DNA of 62,545 nucleotides, counting the filler, from Porpidia crustulata (lineage: Eukaryota), in the NCBI GenBank assembly GCA_964255105.1. It is 14 parts of 14 records of this genome, joined end to end, with 100 filler letters (N's around TTAATTAATTAA, not from the genome) between each part and the next. Parts side by side here need not be neighbours in the genome. Positions count along the whole stretch, not along the records: positions 1 to 4,402 come from CAXUWE010002084.1; positions 4,503 to 8,901 come from CAXUWE010002085.1; positions 9,002 to 13,400 come from CAXUWE010002086.1; 11 more parts are not named here. One strand, written 5' to 3'. The position numbers and the translations under genes were made by a program. A model generated the notes under the pieces. It ran no database searches. It was not told the DNA's origin and was given only the letters and a program-made list of their open reading frames with translations. This document shows positions 1-11,164 of this stretch, one piece after another (position 1 is the stretch's first letter; each line of letters begins with the position of its first letter).

Positions 1-54
1 TCCCTACCCATGGTCGAAAAAGGAAAAAAAAAAAACGCCAGGGCCAAAAAGCCA

Positions 55-128
55 ACGATTCTATACCCTCTCTTCACTCCGCTAAGTCGGCGACGATTCT
101 ATGCCCTCTTTACCCGCTGACTCGGCGA
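55..128. repeat. Degenerate two-unit tandem repeat (~37 bp) downstream of UBA2
   Basis: ACGATTCTATACCCTCTCTTCACTCCGCTAAGTCGGCG is followed directly by ACGATTCTATGCCCTCTTTACCCGCTGACTCGGCG. Confidence 0.6.
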
Positions 129-261
129 GGTGTGTCTGCGTGAGAAGCCTTGCCCTTTTTCGGTTTATTGGATCGGTGCGCGCGTTCGTGTCGTAGTCGT
201 ACACGTCGTGAAAGATGCGATTGGAATTGGGATTGGGCGTGGGGGGAGATGGGCGTGGGGT

Positions 262-2348
262 CTAGTCGTCGATGATGATGGCGCCGTTGCCGGAGTCGTC
301 GAGGATGATCAGGTCGTCGTTGTCGTCGGCGGGAGGCGCTTTGCGGGTTTTGGCCATCTTTGAGGGTTGTTGCTGTTGTTGGTGTTGTGTATCAGGTTCC
401 TCAAGGCTGGGGCTGCGTTTGCGCTTGTTGCCGGTGTCGTTGGTGGCGGTGGGCGCTCCGTTGGTTCCGTTGGTTCTGTTCGCTCCATTTGATTCACCGT
501 TGGCCGGGGTGAAGATCTTCGGTCTCCGGACGACGTTGATTTTTTGGGGCACTTGAACTGGTGCGGAGCTTTCGGGTAGGGTTTGTTCTGATACTGAGAG
601 CGAGAGGTTGACGCGAGGGTTCTCGTCTTCATCGTCGATGACTGTCAAGAAACTACCACCCTTGACACCCAAGTCGCCGAAGGCTTTTAATACGTTATCG
701 TCCAGCTCCGGGTCGTACAGAGTGCCGGCGTCGCTGTTGATGCTGAAGTCGTCGCCGTACCCAAGTTGTGTTTTGAGGACATCCTCGACCAGATTATTGA
801 GCGTAGCCCGAGCTGGGTCGATGACCAGTTTCGATTGGACAACACTGCAGACGCTACAATTAGGGTTGGGAGGTCTGAGAGTGTCAGTGTTGATTACTCG
901 CGCGGCTGAACGTTCAAGAAAGACCTGTGGAATTTTTAGCATTGCTTCCGTCCGTCAATTGGGGGTTGTTACCATCTTCGCTTTACTAAGCTCTTGACGC
1001 ATGACTTTGAATGCTTGGAGAACACACAGGCCTGCAGTCATGGCATTTGTGGTTGCGATTGCTGGTATGATGTTGCCAGCCATCTCTGTTGACTGTCAGT
1101 TCGTGTTCAACTCGACAAAGCACGACGACCTACGCTTGATATCGAATTTCGATCTAGTTTCAATTCCAAATACGATAGACCGTAGGTTGGCACTCGCTGC
1201 GACAAAGTCTAATATGTCATCATCGTCTTTATCAAATGTCAAAGTAGGCAAAGCGGTCCCATTGGCTTGACTCTGTTGTATCCGCAGGCTGAGTCTTTTC
1301 AGGCCATCACAAAATACTGAAAAAGTCTCTGCATCTGTCCATGTGACCTGATCTTTTTGCGCCACCAATGACTCGATCTTCGAAGCAGCATTTGTTAAGT
1401 CATCAAAGCTTAGCGGTGTTGGTGGCTTTCTTGCCTTCCACACGTCGCCTGTGCTGCGCAGCCGATTGATGTCGTCTAAGAAGACCTTATCAAACACTTT
1501 GCGCGGAAACTCATCTGAGCCCATCGATTGTCGGATATTGTTCAATTCTTTTGACTCTTTTTGCAGATTTTCTACTTCCTTCGCGTTTTCGGAGTCTTCG
1601 GAGTGATCGAAGTCAGGAGTGTCTTCTTCGCTGGCCCCAAAGATCTCCGTGAACAAGTAGCTTTTTGCCCAAACAATGCAGTGTATAGGCTGACTAGGGG
1701 TACTCCGAATTGTGCAGACGGGGAAGCTCTTGGGTACTTCTTTTGCGTTGCAGTCATAGCATTCGGTTTGACCCTTTACTATGACCTGCACCTGCCCGTT
1801 GAATCCAGTGGTACCACTTTCGATCAAGGGCACTTCAGCCGCGAGACACATTTTGTTGACATGGCGCCTTGCGTCCAAGTTGTCGAGCGCATTAAATACT
1901 AGATTGAAGCTTTGAAACCATTCGACGTCGAATTGTGGATCCTTGATGTTGGCATGGTGCGCTTCAAGTTTGATGTGAGGATTGAATTTCGCTGCCGACT
2001 CTTTGGCAACCTGGTAGCAGAGGTTAACTTTGAGGTCGGGATGTCGAACGATCGTGGTTTACCAATGCTTTCGACTTCTTGATGTGTTCATGGCGGAATA
2101 GGAATTGGCGATTGAGGTTACTGAGATCGATGGTATCAAGATCAACAATGTGTACCTCTCCAAAGCCCGTGAGGACAAGATTTTTTAGTAATTCGCAGCC
2201 AATTCCACCAGCGCCAACCATCAATATGCGCGACTGGTAAAAGTTCGGTCAGCGTGAATTGTGTGATCGTAGGAGGCAGCAAACAAACCTGTTTGACCAA
2301 GCTATACAGAGCGCCTAATGACTGCTTGGGGTACCGATCACGTCCCAT
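262..2348 (-). CDS. UBA2: SUMO-activating enzyme E1 subunit Uba2 (3 introns)
   Basis: [15 protein letters not shown] nucleotide-binding motif, [11 protein letters not shown], catalytic [34 protein letters not shown] and the C-terminal CSVC zinc motif. GT-AG introns join ORFs 2142-2348, 2024-2224, 1096-1878 and 262-942. Confidence 0.96.
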
Positions 2349-2923
2349 GTCTGCGATAGATCTATCATGCGCGATGAGCCAAGAAGGAAGAAGAGAACCT
2401 CAATTGTGAGTCGGTACATCGAAGGAACGACGATAGAAAATGCAATATAAGAGTGAGGTGAAGGAAGTAGAAGAAGAAGTAGAAGAAAGAAAGAAGTGAT
2501 GAGGCCGTACAGGCGCAGAAAGTTAGGCCGGGATCCGTGTTGAATGTTCCTGAATCCGTCATTGCTAGACAACCTTAAATTCTTTAGTGCAGCCCTACAA
2601 CCACAGCGGTGGGATTCTCACATCCGACACATCTCACCGTCTTTCTATGCTTTTTGTTTCTGTTTTCCGTTTCTCTTTGGTGGTCCTTGAAGTCCTCTTA
2701 CTTTCTTTTGCCTGGCCCTTCTCGTTGGTGATCCCGATTACCCGTCTTGTCTGTCCCTACCCACCGCAACTTCGTCGTCAACGTAGAGAGGCACGGCTGC
2801 TTGTAGTCGTCGAGTGAGGTCGCACGATCGCTCGGGGACAATCGCTGGCCTTGCCGAGACTTCTGAAAGAATACTTTACTGCTGGACGCTGTCTCTATGA
2901 TTTCTTTGAAATTCCCTATTGCC

Positions 2924-4271
2924 ATGCCTGACGACGAAGCGGACGAAGAACTCCTGGCTCTCCTCCGGAAATCCCTTGGCACTGACAGCAATGCGGTCCC
3001 AGGCCCAGCGGAAACAAAAGTGCTAGAAAGTGCAGAATATGTATATGACAATTCTATAGACGTAGCTATTGACATGCGTGGCGCAAAGGCGGCAGCTTCG
3101 AGTATCTGGAAAAGCATGCAAGAAAAAAAGTATGGTTTAGATTCTTGGTCCGAGCACGAATTGCATCCCAAAGAGAAGGATGAAAATACCGTCAATTTTA
3201 TTTTCCTTATGGATTTGCTGAATTTTTCCTTTTGGTCTGATAACCCGGATCCCGAAGAAGCGTATGCTGTGGAGTATCGGGGTAGGAAATGGACGGGATA
3301 TTGGAGTCTGGTTGCCGCCATACAGCGAGCTCTTGATGAAGGTAATTGACTGTGCTTCGCACCATGTACACCCAAAGTAATGAAGATCTGCAATAGAGAT
3401 CCCAATCACGAACCCAGAGTATTACATGAATGAAACCGAATGCCCCGACGAAACCCTTACCTACATCTTCCGCTCCGCAACCTCATCCCCAATCCCCCTC
3501 CTCCAAGAAAGAATATCCTGTATCCGCGAAGCCGGCAAAATCCTCCACACCGTCAGTCCCGCCATATTGCCTTTCTCTCACTGAGACCACCGGCTGATCA
3601 CCCCAAGCTCCCAGCGCTTCGCAGGCACCTTCCCGACCTGCATCCACGAAGCCGCCAACTCCGCCGCCGCCCTCGTCAACCTCATCGTCTCCAACTTTCC
3701 CTGCTTCCGCGATTCCACCACCTTCGAAGGCCAGACCGTACACTTCTACAAGCGCGCCCAGATCCTCGTCGCCGACCTCTGGGCCTGCTTCCAAGGCATC
3801 GGCCACGGCCGCTTCGACGACATTGACAAGATAACCATGTTCGCCGGTAAGCCCTTCCTGCTCCCCTCCTTTCCCCTATAGCCTGCAGGCCCCAGAGAAA
3901 CAGACCACTGACAAAACAATCGTCCCCCCCAAAAAATAGACTACCGCATCCCGCAAATCCTCCACCACCTCTCCTGCCTCACCTACGCGCCGCCCCTGCG
4001 CTCGCACATCGCCCGGCGCATGCCGATCCCGAGCGGCCACGTTTGGGAGGTCCAGCTGCGCGGCTGCAGCATCTGGTGCATCGAGCTTGTGTGGCGGGAG
4101 ATTGCACGGCTGCAGCGGGCGCAGGGCACGAAGGGGAAAGCGGGCGAGGGGATCGGGTTCAATGCGATCCTCATCGATTTTTTCCTCTACGATACCATCA
4201 AGGCGAAAGAGGCGGCGGGGGAGGCGGAGGGAGTGCTGCCGCATCATCGAACGAGGAGTATTTGGTATTGA
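2924..4271 (+). CDS. QNG1: Queuosine 5'-phosphate N-glycosylase / queuosine salvage protein (DUF2419 family), 3 introns
   Basis: DLLNFSFWS, TGYWSLVAAIQRAL, FPCFRD, FYKRAQILVADLW, TMFADYRIPQ, EVQLRGCS and the C-terminal HHRTRSIWY. Introns at about 3342-3396, 3552-3614 and 3846-3939. Confidence 0.93.
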
Positions 4272-4402
4272 CGTGGCGGGGACGGTCGGTTGGTTCTGAT
4301 GGAAAGAGCGCGTGTGAATGATGGGTTTGAGGTTTGGCTGTAGCTAGTCATGCTGGTAAACGATGCGGAAGGTATCCATATTCATCTAATCACCTAAAAC
4401 CC

Positions 4403-4502
4403 NNNNNNNNNNNNNNNNNNNNNNNNNNNNNNNNNNNNNNNNNNNNTTAATTAATTAANNNNNNNNNNNNNNNNNNNNNNNNNNNNNNNNNNNNNNNNNN
4501 NN
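4403..4502. other. Artificial contig-joining linker (N44-TTAATTAATTAA-N44; stops in all six frames); first of 13
   Basis: Identical 100-bp linkers at 4403-4502, 8902-9001, 13401-13500, 17897-17996, 22391-22490, 26874-26973, 31352-31451, 35825-35924, 40290-40389, 44749-44848, 49208-49307, 53658-53757 and 58107-58206. The intervening contigs never increase in length (4402 down to 4339 bp). Confidence 0.99.
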
Positions 4503-4546
4503 TTTTTCACGTTTTGAACCGGGTCGTGTATATAAATTGTCGGTAA

Positions 4547-5632
4547 TTATGGGGTGGGGGTGGGGCATGAAGATGGGGAAGGCGATAGAAAAGGTAAGGC
4601 GTCGAGGGTCTCCGCGGGTTCGAGGGTTGTAATCGACCTTGTTTCGTTTTGATAGGGTGCTTCCAAAAGGTGGTCAGACTTTACGGGGGCCATATCCATT
4701 TGCATAACATCATCCCCCGAAAGCAATTTATTCGATTTGTCGTGATCAGCGGCCTTCCCGTAGCAATGCTCTTCTATTTTTTTGCGACATGATTCGACCG
4801 CTTTCATCAAACAGGTCTTGATAGCCTTCACCTTCTCCGTCACAAAGTGACCGATTGCCTGCAATCCTGCTTGCAATGTTTTCTGGCCATGTCGAGTGAA
4901 GCTGGGGAGTTCATTTTCGACATCCACCAACTCCGGGGGTGCGTTTAACGGGGCAAGATCCTGCGTCTTTGTGCGCCATTCCTCAGGGTGAGCTTTCACG
5001 ACGGCCAAGTTGACGGTAGTTGGGCTCAGGCGAATGATCTCCGGGTGCTTAAGCTGTTTCCAAGACACGGTAAACCCTAGTGGCTCACTCGCAGATTGGC
5101 TGGAGATGTAAAATGCGAGGACCTGGGCCACATCATCGCCATTGGAATTAGCTCCACCAGTCGGAAGGGTGTCAAAGAGACATGTGATTTCCCAGGTAAC
5201 AAGAGTTCTTTCGGGATAGATGCCATCCACGAGCCCGCTGCCCGCAGCGTCGATACCATTCCATTGTGAAAGAAGTTGCTGGCCGTTCAAGCTTATGTTG
5301 TTATCTCCACAAGGCTTTTCGTTCGTATCGACCTCGAAAGACAGTATCTATGATAGCCTCAGTGGAGTATTCCAAAAGATTCTCGGAACGATACCATACC
5401 GGTAGATCACCACCTGCTTGAGTTCCTTCAACCTTGATGTGTACCAGAGCTTCTGCTGGTACTGAGTTTCCATTAGCTTAGTCTTGTGGCAAAATACATA
5501 GCGTAACTCACGATACTCAACGGTAGACTTCAAACCACCGAGACTACTAGGAGCAGGCTCTGGAATGACAAACGCCAACACCGAAGTCAAAGTTGACGAC
5601 AGCAATGCTGCCGCCTTCGTGAAGCCACGCAT
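4547..5632 (-). CDS. Uncharacterised signal-peptide protein (2 introns); the 3' end may be affected by the contig edge
   Basis: Signal peptide MRGFTKAAALLSSTLTSVLA. Two GT-AG introns splice in frame into the 247-aa ORF 4547-5290. Confidence 0.65.
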
Positions 5633-6973
5633 ACCGCGGTTTCCTATCCGAGGATACCTGCTTTGGAAGTCTCAATACAACCTTCTCACATGATGTAAGG
5701 AATGTAAGTTGGCTGCTGCCTAACGAACTAGGAGTGGGCAGGCCGTTGAGGCTGAGCATTTCAAGCTAAGCGCGGCACAGCCGTTTCAAGGCCGCGTGTT
5801 TCTTCGAAGGCACTTAAGCGAGGGGTTCATATAGGGGTGATATCCTAAAAGGTATAACAAGGAAGGGAATTATTTCAATAAAGTACCTTTTCGGAATTAA
5901 ATTGGTTTATATAATGATGCCTAGCACATGTTAAGCAGCCACAAGGCCAAAAACTAAGCCAGAGCGACATGTCCAGAGTAGAGATAACAGACAGTATCTG
6001 CAGATACTCGGTTCACATCACCACGTCTCAGATATCTATCAATGTTTCCTCCCGATATGCAGACTAAGAAAGTGTTTGAAACATTCGTCAGTTTGAGATC
6101 ATAGCGGACCTTTTTCCTTCTCAGTGACAAGATATCCCAGTCCGTGAGCTGTAGAATTATGGGGGTTTCCGAGCAACCTTTAGCACTGATTGCTCCATCT
6201 ATAGCGTATAAGAGTCTTCAATCCATGTAATGTTCATTACATTCATGTTCCGTGTTGCGTCCCTTGCATTAGGCTGGGCTATTCCTCTTCAGTGATCTCG
6301 TCAAATTGAATGGTGTTCGTATTAAAACATAACATGTTCTGAAGTCGTCTTACTTTTTCAAGTGCTTGCGTTCGAAAATTGTCTCTTTAATTCCTCAAGT
6401 TTCATTTGATTATTAGGATTTCCTGCTCAGCCCACATAGTCTTGCACCCTTGATCTAGACACGCCTTTTCCACACTGGTCGTCCATCGAAACGCTTTGTT
6501 CTCCGAGTATTGTCGCTTCCAGCGCTCGACGCAAAATTCTTTCCTGATCATAGCCCAGTCTCCATTCTGACGCTCCTCTTCTCTCTTCCCTCGTCTCGAC
6601 CAATCTCGCGGAAGCAGGCCACAGTCTTAGAATCTCCTACAAGAATGCCAAATGATCAGCTGGCGGTGGAAGTATTTGCTGCTATTATAGGAGACATCAT
6701 CCCGACATCTCTTCAAAACTGATACAGTACAACAGCTTTGCTTCAATATTGAATTGTCGCCGTGTGCATACAAGAAGCGCAACAAGGTATACCAGGTCGT
6801 CGGATGGGAGGAAGTCTTCCGTGACCCGTGCTCGATCCTCTTCCAATCTCCATATCTGAGAAATTCCAAAGGACAATCTTTGCCTGTCTGAGATTATGGT
6901 TCCCTAATCTCCAGAGTCGGAATCTTGTCAAAAATCCCATCCTAAGGCTCCGTTGCTCGAGTTTAAATAAGCC

Positions 6974-8357
6974 TCATCTCTTCCCCCTTTCAAACTCTTC
7001 AACATATTCCTCTTCCTCTACTTTGAAGTACTCTGCCACAGCCGCCTTTTCATCCCTCGCCCTCTCAGGATCCAGCATGAATCTAATAGTCCCCTCCCGC
7101 ACTCCAGGTTTGGTCTGTGGAGTTGTACCGTTAGCTGTACTAGCTCCTGTTCCTGGTGACAAAACGTCTTTGATCGAGGATTCGCGAGGGCTAGTCTGCA
7201 ATTTTCGTTCCTTCGAGACTCCATTGGTGACTTTGGATCCCTTACGGAGTTGCCGATCCTTGGCAGTTTCAGTAAAGCGTGGGTATTTTTCGGCGGATGC
7301 TTCTTGATTAAGGACAATGCGAATACTAATGAACGTCTCGATAGCATGACCTTGCCCGACAACGGTAGATGCGCGATGGTGAGTGTACAGGTCAAGTAGA
7401 TCGAGGAGCGTTTCTGCGATACTAGATTAGTTGCATTGGAAAGAATCATGTCACGGGAGCGGACGAACCCATAACTTCGGGACGTGTAGTCTTCCACTTT
7501 GCAAAGCTTTTGCCGGCTTCAAGCTCTGGAATGTTTTGCTCAAAGATCCGCGCCGAAAGCTCCACACAAGCTATAGCCATCGTGGCCGTCGTTTGCTTAA
7601 GAGGCGCAAAGGTACGATAGAGATCCAATGACATATTGTAAGCTGTCTTGCCTACCGATGCCTTATCGACGTTATAGTGCTTTGCGATTTTCACCAATAG
7701 TTCTTGAGGATAGCGATTGCGAAAGTCAAAGCCTGACGATTCAAGCATCACACGTTCGAGGCCGATAATAATTTTGGAGTGACCCTCAAAAATCTAGATC
7801 ATGATTAATTCTTCAATTGTTGAGCAGAAATGTTCAACGTACCGGGTCATCGAGGTTAGCTTGTTCTGCTGGTGCGAGCTTGAGATTATGGGCAGCACAG
7901 AGAATCTCTCTTGATTTTTTCAACGTGTCTTCGATCTTGCAAGCCGCGAACAGCGCTGCTGCTGCCACATCCTAATTCATCATTAAATCACAAACAGGAG
8001 CATCAAAAAATTTCTACTACCCACAATGTACCCTTGACCATCAGGATGCACGAGACGAAACTTATGATAATACACACAAGCAGTATTGAAAGTTCGCATA
8101 GGCCTGTTTTTAGTCAGTACGATTCTCAGAATATTAAATCCAAGAACAACGCACAAGTGCAAAGCTTTCCTCACACTGTCGATCCAAGCAACGCCCTGTA
8201 GACGAATGCTGTCTTCTTTCTGTTCAGTAATTCCAGCTGCGTTCATGCATTCCCGTATTGTTCGTTCAAACACGTAAGGCTGAGCAATCTGAATGAAAGA
8301 CGGATGAGGACCAACATGATCGTTTTCTACCGTGGAGGATGAGTGCGCAGGAGCCAT
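6974..8357 (-). CDS. CTK2: RNA polymerase II CTD kinase cyclin (Ctk2/cyclin K-like), multi-intron
   Basis: Cyclin box IRLQGVAWID..RKALHL..TFNTACVYYHKFRL, AALFAACKIEDT, LERVMLESSGFDFR, DLYRTFAPLKQ and the C-terminal GTIRFMLD. Confidence 0.88.
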
Positions 8358-8687
8358 GATGATATTGCTCGCTTCCTCACCATGTGCACTCGCACCTTTT
8401 GGAGGTAGCACTGTAGTTTTTGTTACTCCTAATGCTGGACCTAACCTGTTATTTTTGTTGAAATAGGGTAAGGAGAATTTGACCGTACTCGATTTGTAGC
8501 GATGTTCGGTAAAACTTTCAATTTCTAAGCTGGTGGAGAGCTGATATTCGGCTGGAGCTACGCTATGTGAGGGTCAGACTAGTGTACCCCAGCCCCAATC
8601 AGGCGTGTCATCGAAGCATCATAACTATGAAGGACCCATATCCGTATCCATTACGGAATCATTCCATCCCACTTAGAGACAGCTTCG

Positions 8688-8901
8688 ATGACCATGGCTA
8701 GAATCTCTATGATCTGTTCTTACACTTTAATAATCCTCAGCGCAGCTTCCGCTGCCCTCATCCCCCAACAACCTCTTGTCTCTCCAACAGACCCCCTCCT
8801 AGCCCTGGCTTCACCAACCACAAAACCCTCGCCGCTGCCTCTGGTCGTATGGCACGGCCTCGGTGACAAGTATGCCCCCATCCTCACCCCTTCCTTTACC
8901 T
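8688..8901 (+). CDS. PPT1: Palmitoyl-protein thioesterase, 5' fragment truncated by the linker
   Basis: Signal peptide followed by the hallmark PLPLVVWHGLGD, then a GTATGC donor. Confidence 0.8.
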
Positions 8902-9015
8902 NNNNNNNNNNNNNNNNNNNNNNNNNNNNNNNNNNNNNNNNNNNNTTAATTAATTAANNNNNNNNNNNNNNNNNNNNNNNNNNNNNNNNNNNNNNNNNNN
9001 NGCCCAACCCCACCT

Positions 9016-10621
9016 TCACTTCATCTCCTCCTCGGCCACATAATGCAAATACGCCCCTAGCAGCTTCGTCCCCTCAATATAATTCCTCCGATCCAGCTTC
9101 TCATTGATACTGTGCGCCGCGTCCGTCGAGCTACCCATGGGCAGCAGCAGCACGTTCTTGCCCGTGGCGCGCTCGAACGTGATGGTCACGGGGATGCTGC
9201 CCCCCTCGCGCGTGAGGTCCGGCTGCACGCCGAAGACGCTCTCGACGGCGCGGGCCGCGGCGGTGAAGTTCCAGTGGTGCGGGGACGCCACCCACCAGGG
9301 TCCGGCGGCGTTCTGGAGGAAGACGTCGAGGGTGTTTTTGCTGCCGAGGTTTTTGAAGGCGAAGACGGCGGCGTCGACGCGGTCGCTGATCATGTTCGGG
9401 ACGGTGCGGATGCTGAATTTGCCGATGACTTTGGCGGGGATGACGGTTTTGCCTCCGGGGGCGCTGTAGGCGCCTTCGATGCCGTGGACGCTGAGGGAGG
9501 GGTAGCGCCAGCGCGCCATGAGGGTCTCCTCTTTGGATGCGTGCATGCCGGTCTTGCTGCCGAGGGACTCGTAGAGGTTGTCCATGGTGTAGCTGATATC
9601 GCCGTAGAGCTTCTTTTCGTCCGAGGTTATTGGGGCGACCATTTCCTCAATGCCGGGGATTTGGATCTTGCCGTCTGTGTCGACCAGCTTACCGAGAATA
9701 CGGACGAGATCTGTCATGGGTTCCTGAGCGGTGCCGCCGAAGACGCCGCTGTGGAGATCTTGTCCGGGTCCGGAGATGGAGACGGAGTAGTAGTTGCATC
9801 CACGGAGACCGTAGGTAAGACATGGCTTTTCCGTGCCGAGCCAGTAGTTGTCGCTGATACAGACGGCGTCTGCCTTTTCAAAGAAGCCACCTGGTTTTGC
9901 TTCTCTTTCGATGAAATCATCGAGACCTTCGCTGCCAGTTTCCTCCATACCCTCGAAACACAACAGCAGGTTGACCGGCAACTCCACGCCAGCTTCCTTG
10001 TGTGCGTGTAGTACATTAAGCCAACCCAGTACGGGACCCTTGTCGTCTGTACTTCCCCGACCATACATGCGCCCCTTGTCATCAATACTCAGCAAGAAGG
10101 GTTCGGTGGCCCAACCATCTTCCTTTAGCGCAGGCTGCACGTCGTAGTGACCATAGACGAGGATCGTACGCTTATTTTGAGAGGAACCGTAGCGGGCGAC
10201 TACGACAGGCGGGAGTTCAAGGTGCTTTGTTCCGGGTTGGGGTCCCAAGGGGCGAGACTCGACGTGAGCACCAAGGGAGGTCAGTTCGGCGACGAGGAAT
10301 TCGGACATCTTATTGGCAAGAAATGTCAGTGATAGGACGGGAGCTGCGGTGGGCAGGAACAAACTTTGACGACATCTTGACGTCGATCTTCGTCTGCGGA
10401 CACGGAGGGAATGGCAACAGCTTTGCGGAGGCCTAGAAAGCGTTCAGAAGGGTTGAGTATGCAGGAAGGAAGGGTGGGACTCGCGCTCAATGAAAGAATC
10501 AGACAGGTGATCAACTCTGAGAAAAAATAGACTAGTTAGATCTCAAGCCACTCCATTGTTGAGATGGAGGATAGAAAACCATTGCTTACTTCTTGAAATA
10601 GCTGTCCAATTGGGGCGCCAT
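9016..10621 (-). CDS. DUG1: Cys-Gly metallodipeptidase (M20 family), 3 introns, one of them GC-AG
   Basis: MAPQLDSYFK start, VYGHYDVQPA, GRGSTDDKGP, EGMEETGS, DLHSGVFGG, TREGGSIP and DAAHSINEK. Confidence 0.95.
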
Positions 10622-11164
10622 AGTCTCGGCTGTGGTCACGAAGCGTGCTTTGTGTGGAGAATTCAGGTATCTAGAGTTTGAAAGGTGTCCGTCGAGGGGA
10701 GAACCAGGCCAATAGCTTGGTCTGAAGAGTGGAATTGGTCGTTTAGGAACCAAGAGACGACAATTGTTGATCTGATAGAGGGGCACGCGGGGCATTGGAG
10801 GTGGGAAGGGATGATTCGGCTGTCAACACCCTCGACGTTCAAGTACCAGAGCATATAAGGACAGCATTGACGAATTGAGTACGAATAGATATTTACATAG
10901 ATACATCATGAGGCTTGACATTGCTGAGTATATATAATTATAATATACCCCAAAGCATATTCTGACTTTTGTCAAAGCATGTAGCTTACCAATTGCAGAA
11001 TCTGCACCACGACATCTTGATATGGAAGATAAAAAGGTAAGAAAACCATTCGTAGAAATATCCCAACATGATCAACAAGCCTCCTTTAGATTTACCTTCC
11101 CATACTCCAATAATCCAGACGACTCCGCCGATATACAGCCCCACTCATGATATAAGAGTAGATA

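Noticed and set aside
9104..10011. Long antisense ORFs (also 13509-14228, 16962-17669, 25927-26835, 49659-50237)
   Set aside because: These are shadows of GC-rich coding sequence on the opposite strand with no protein-like motifs.
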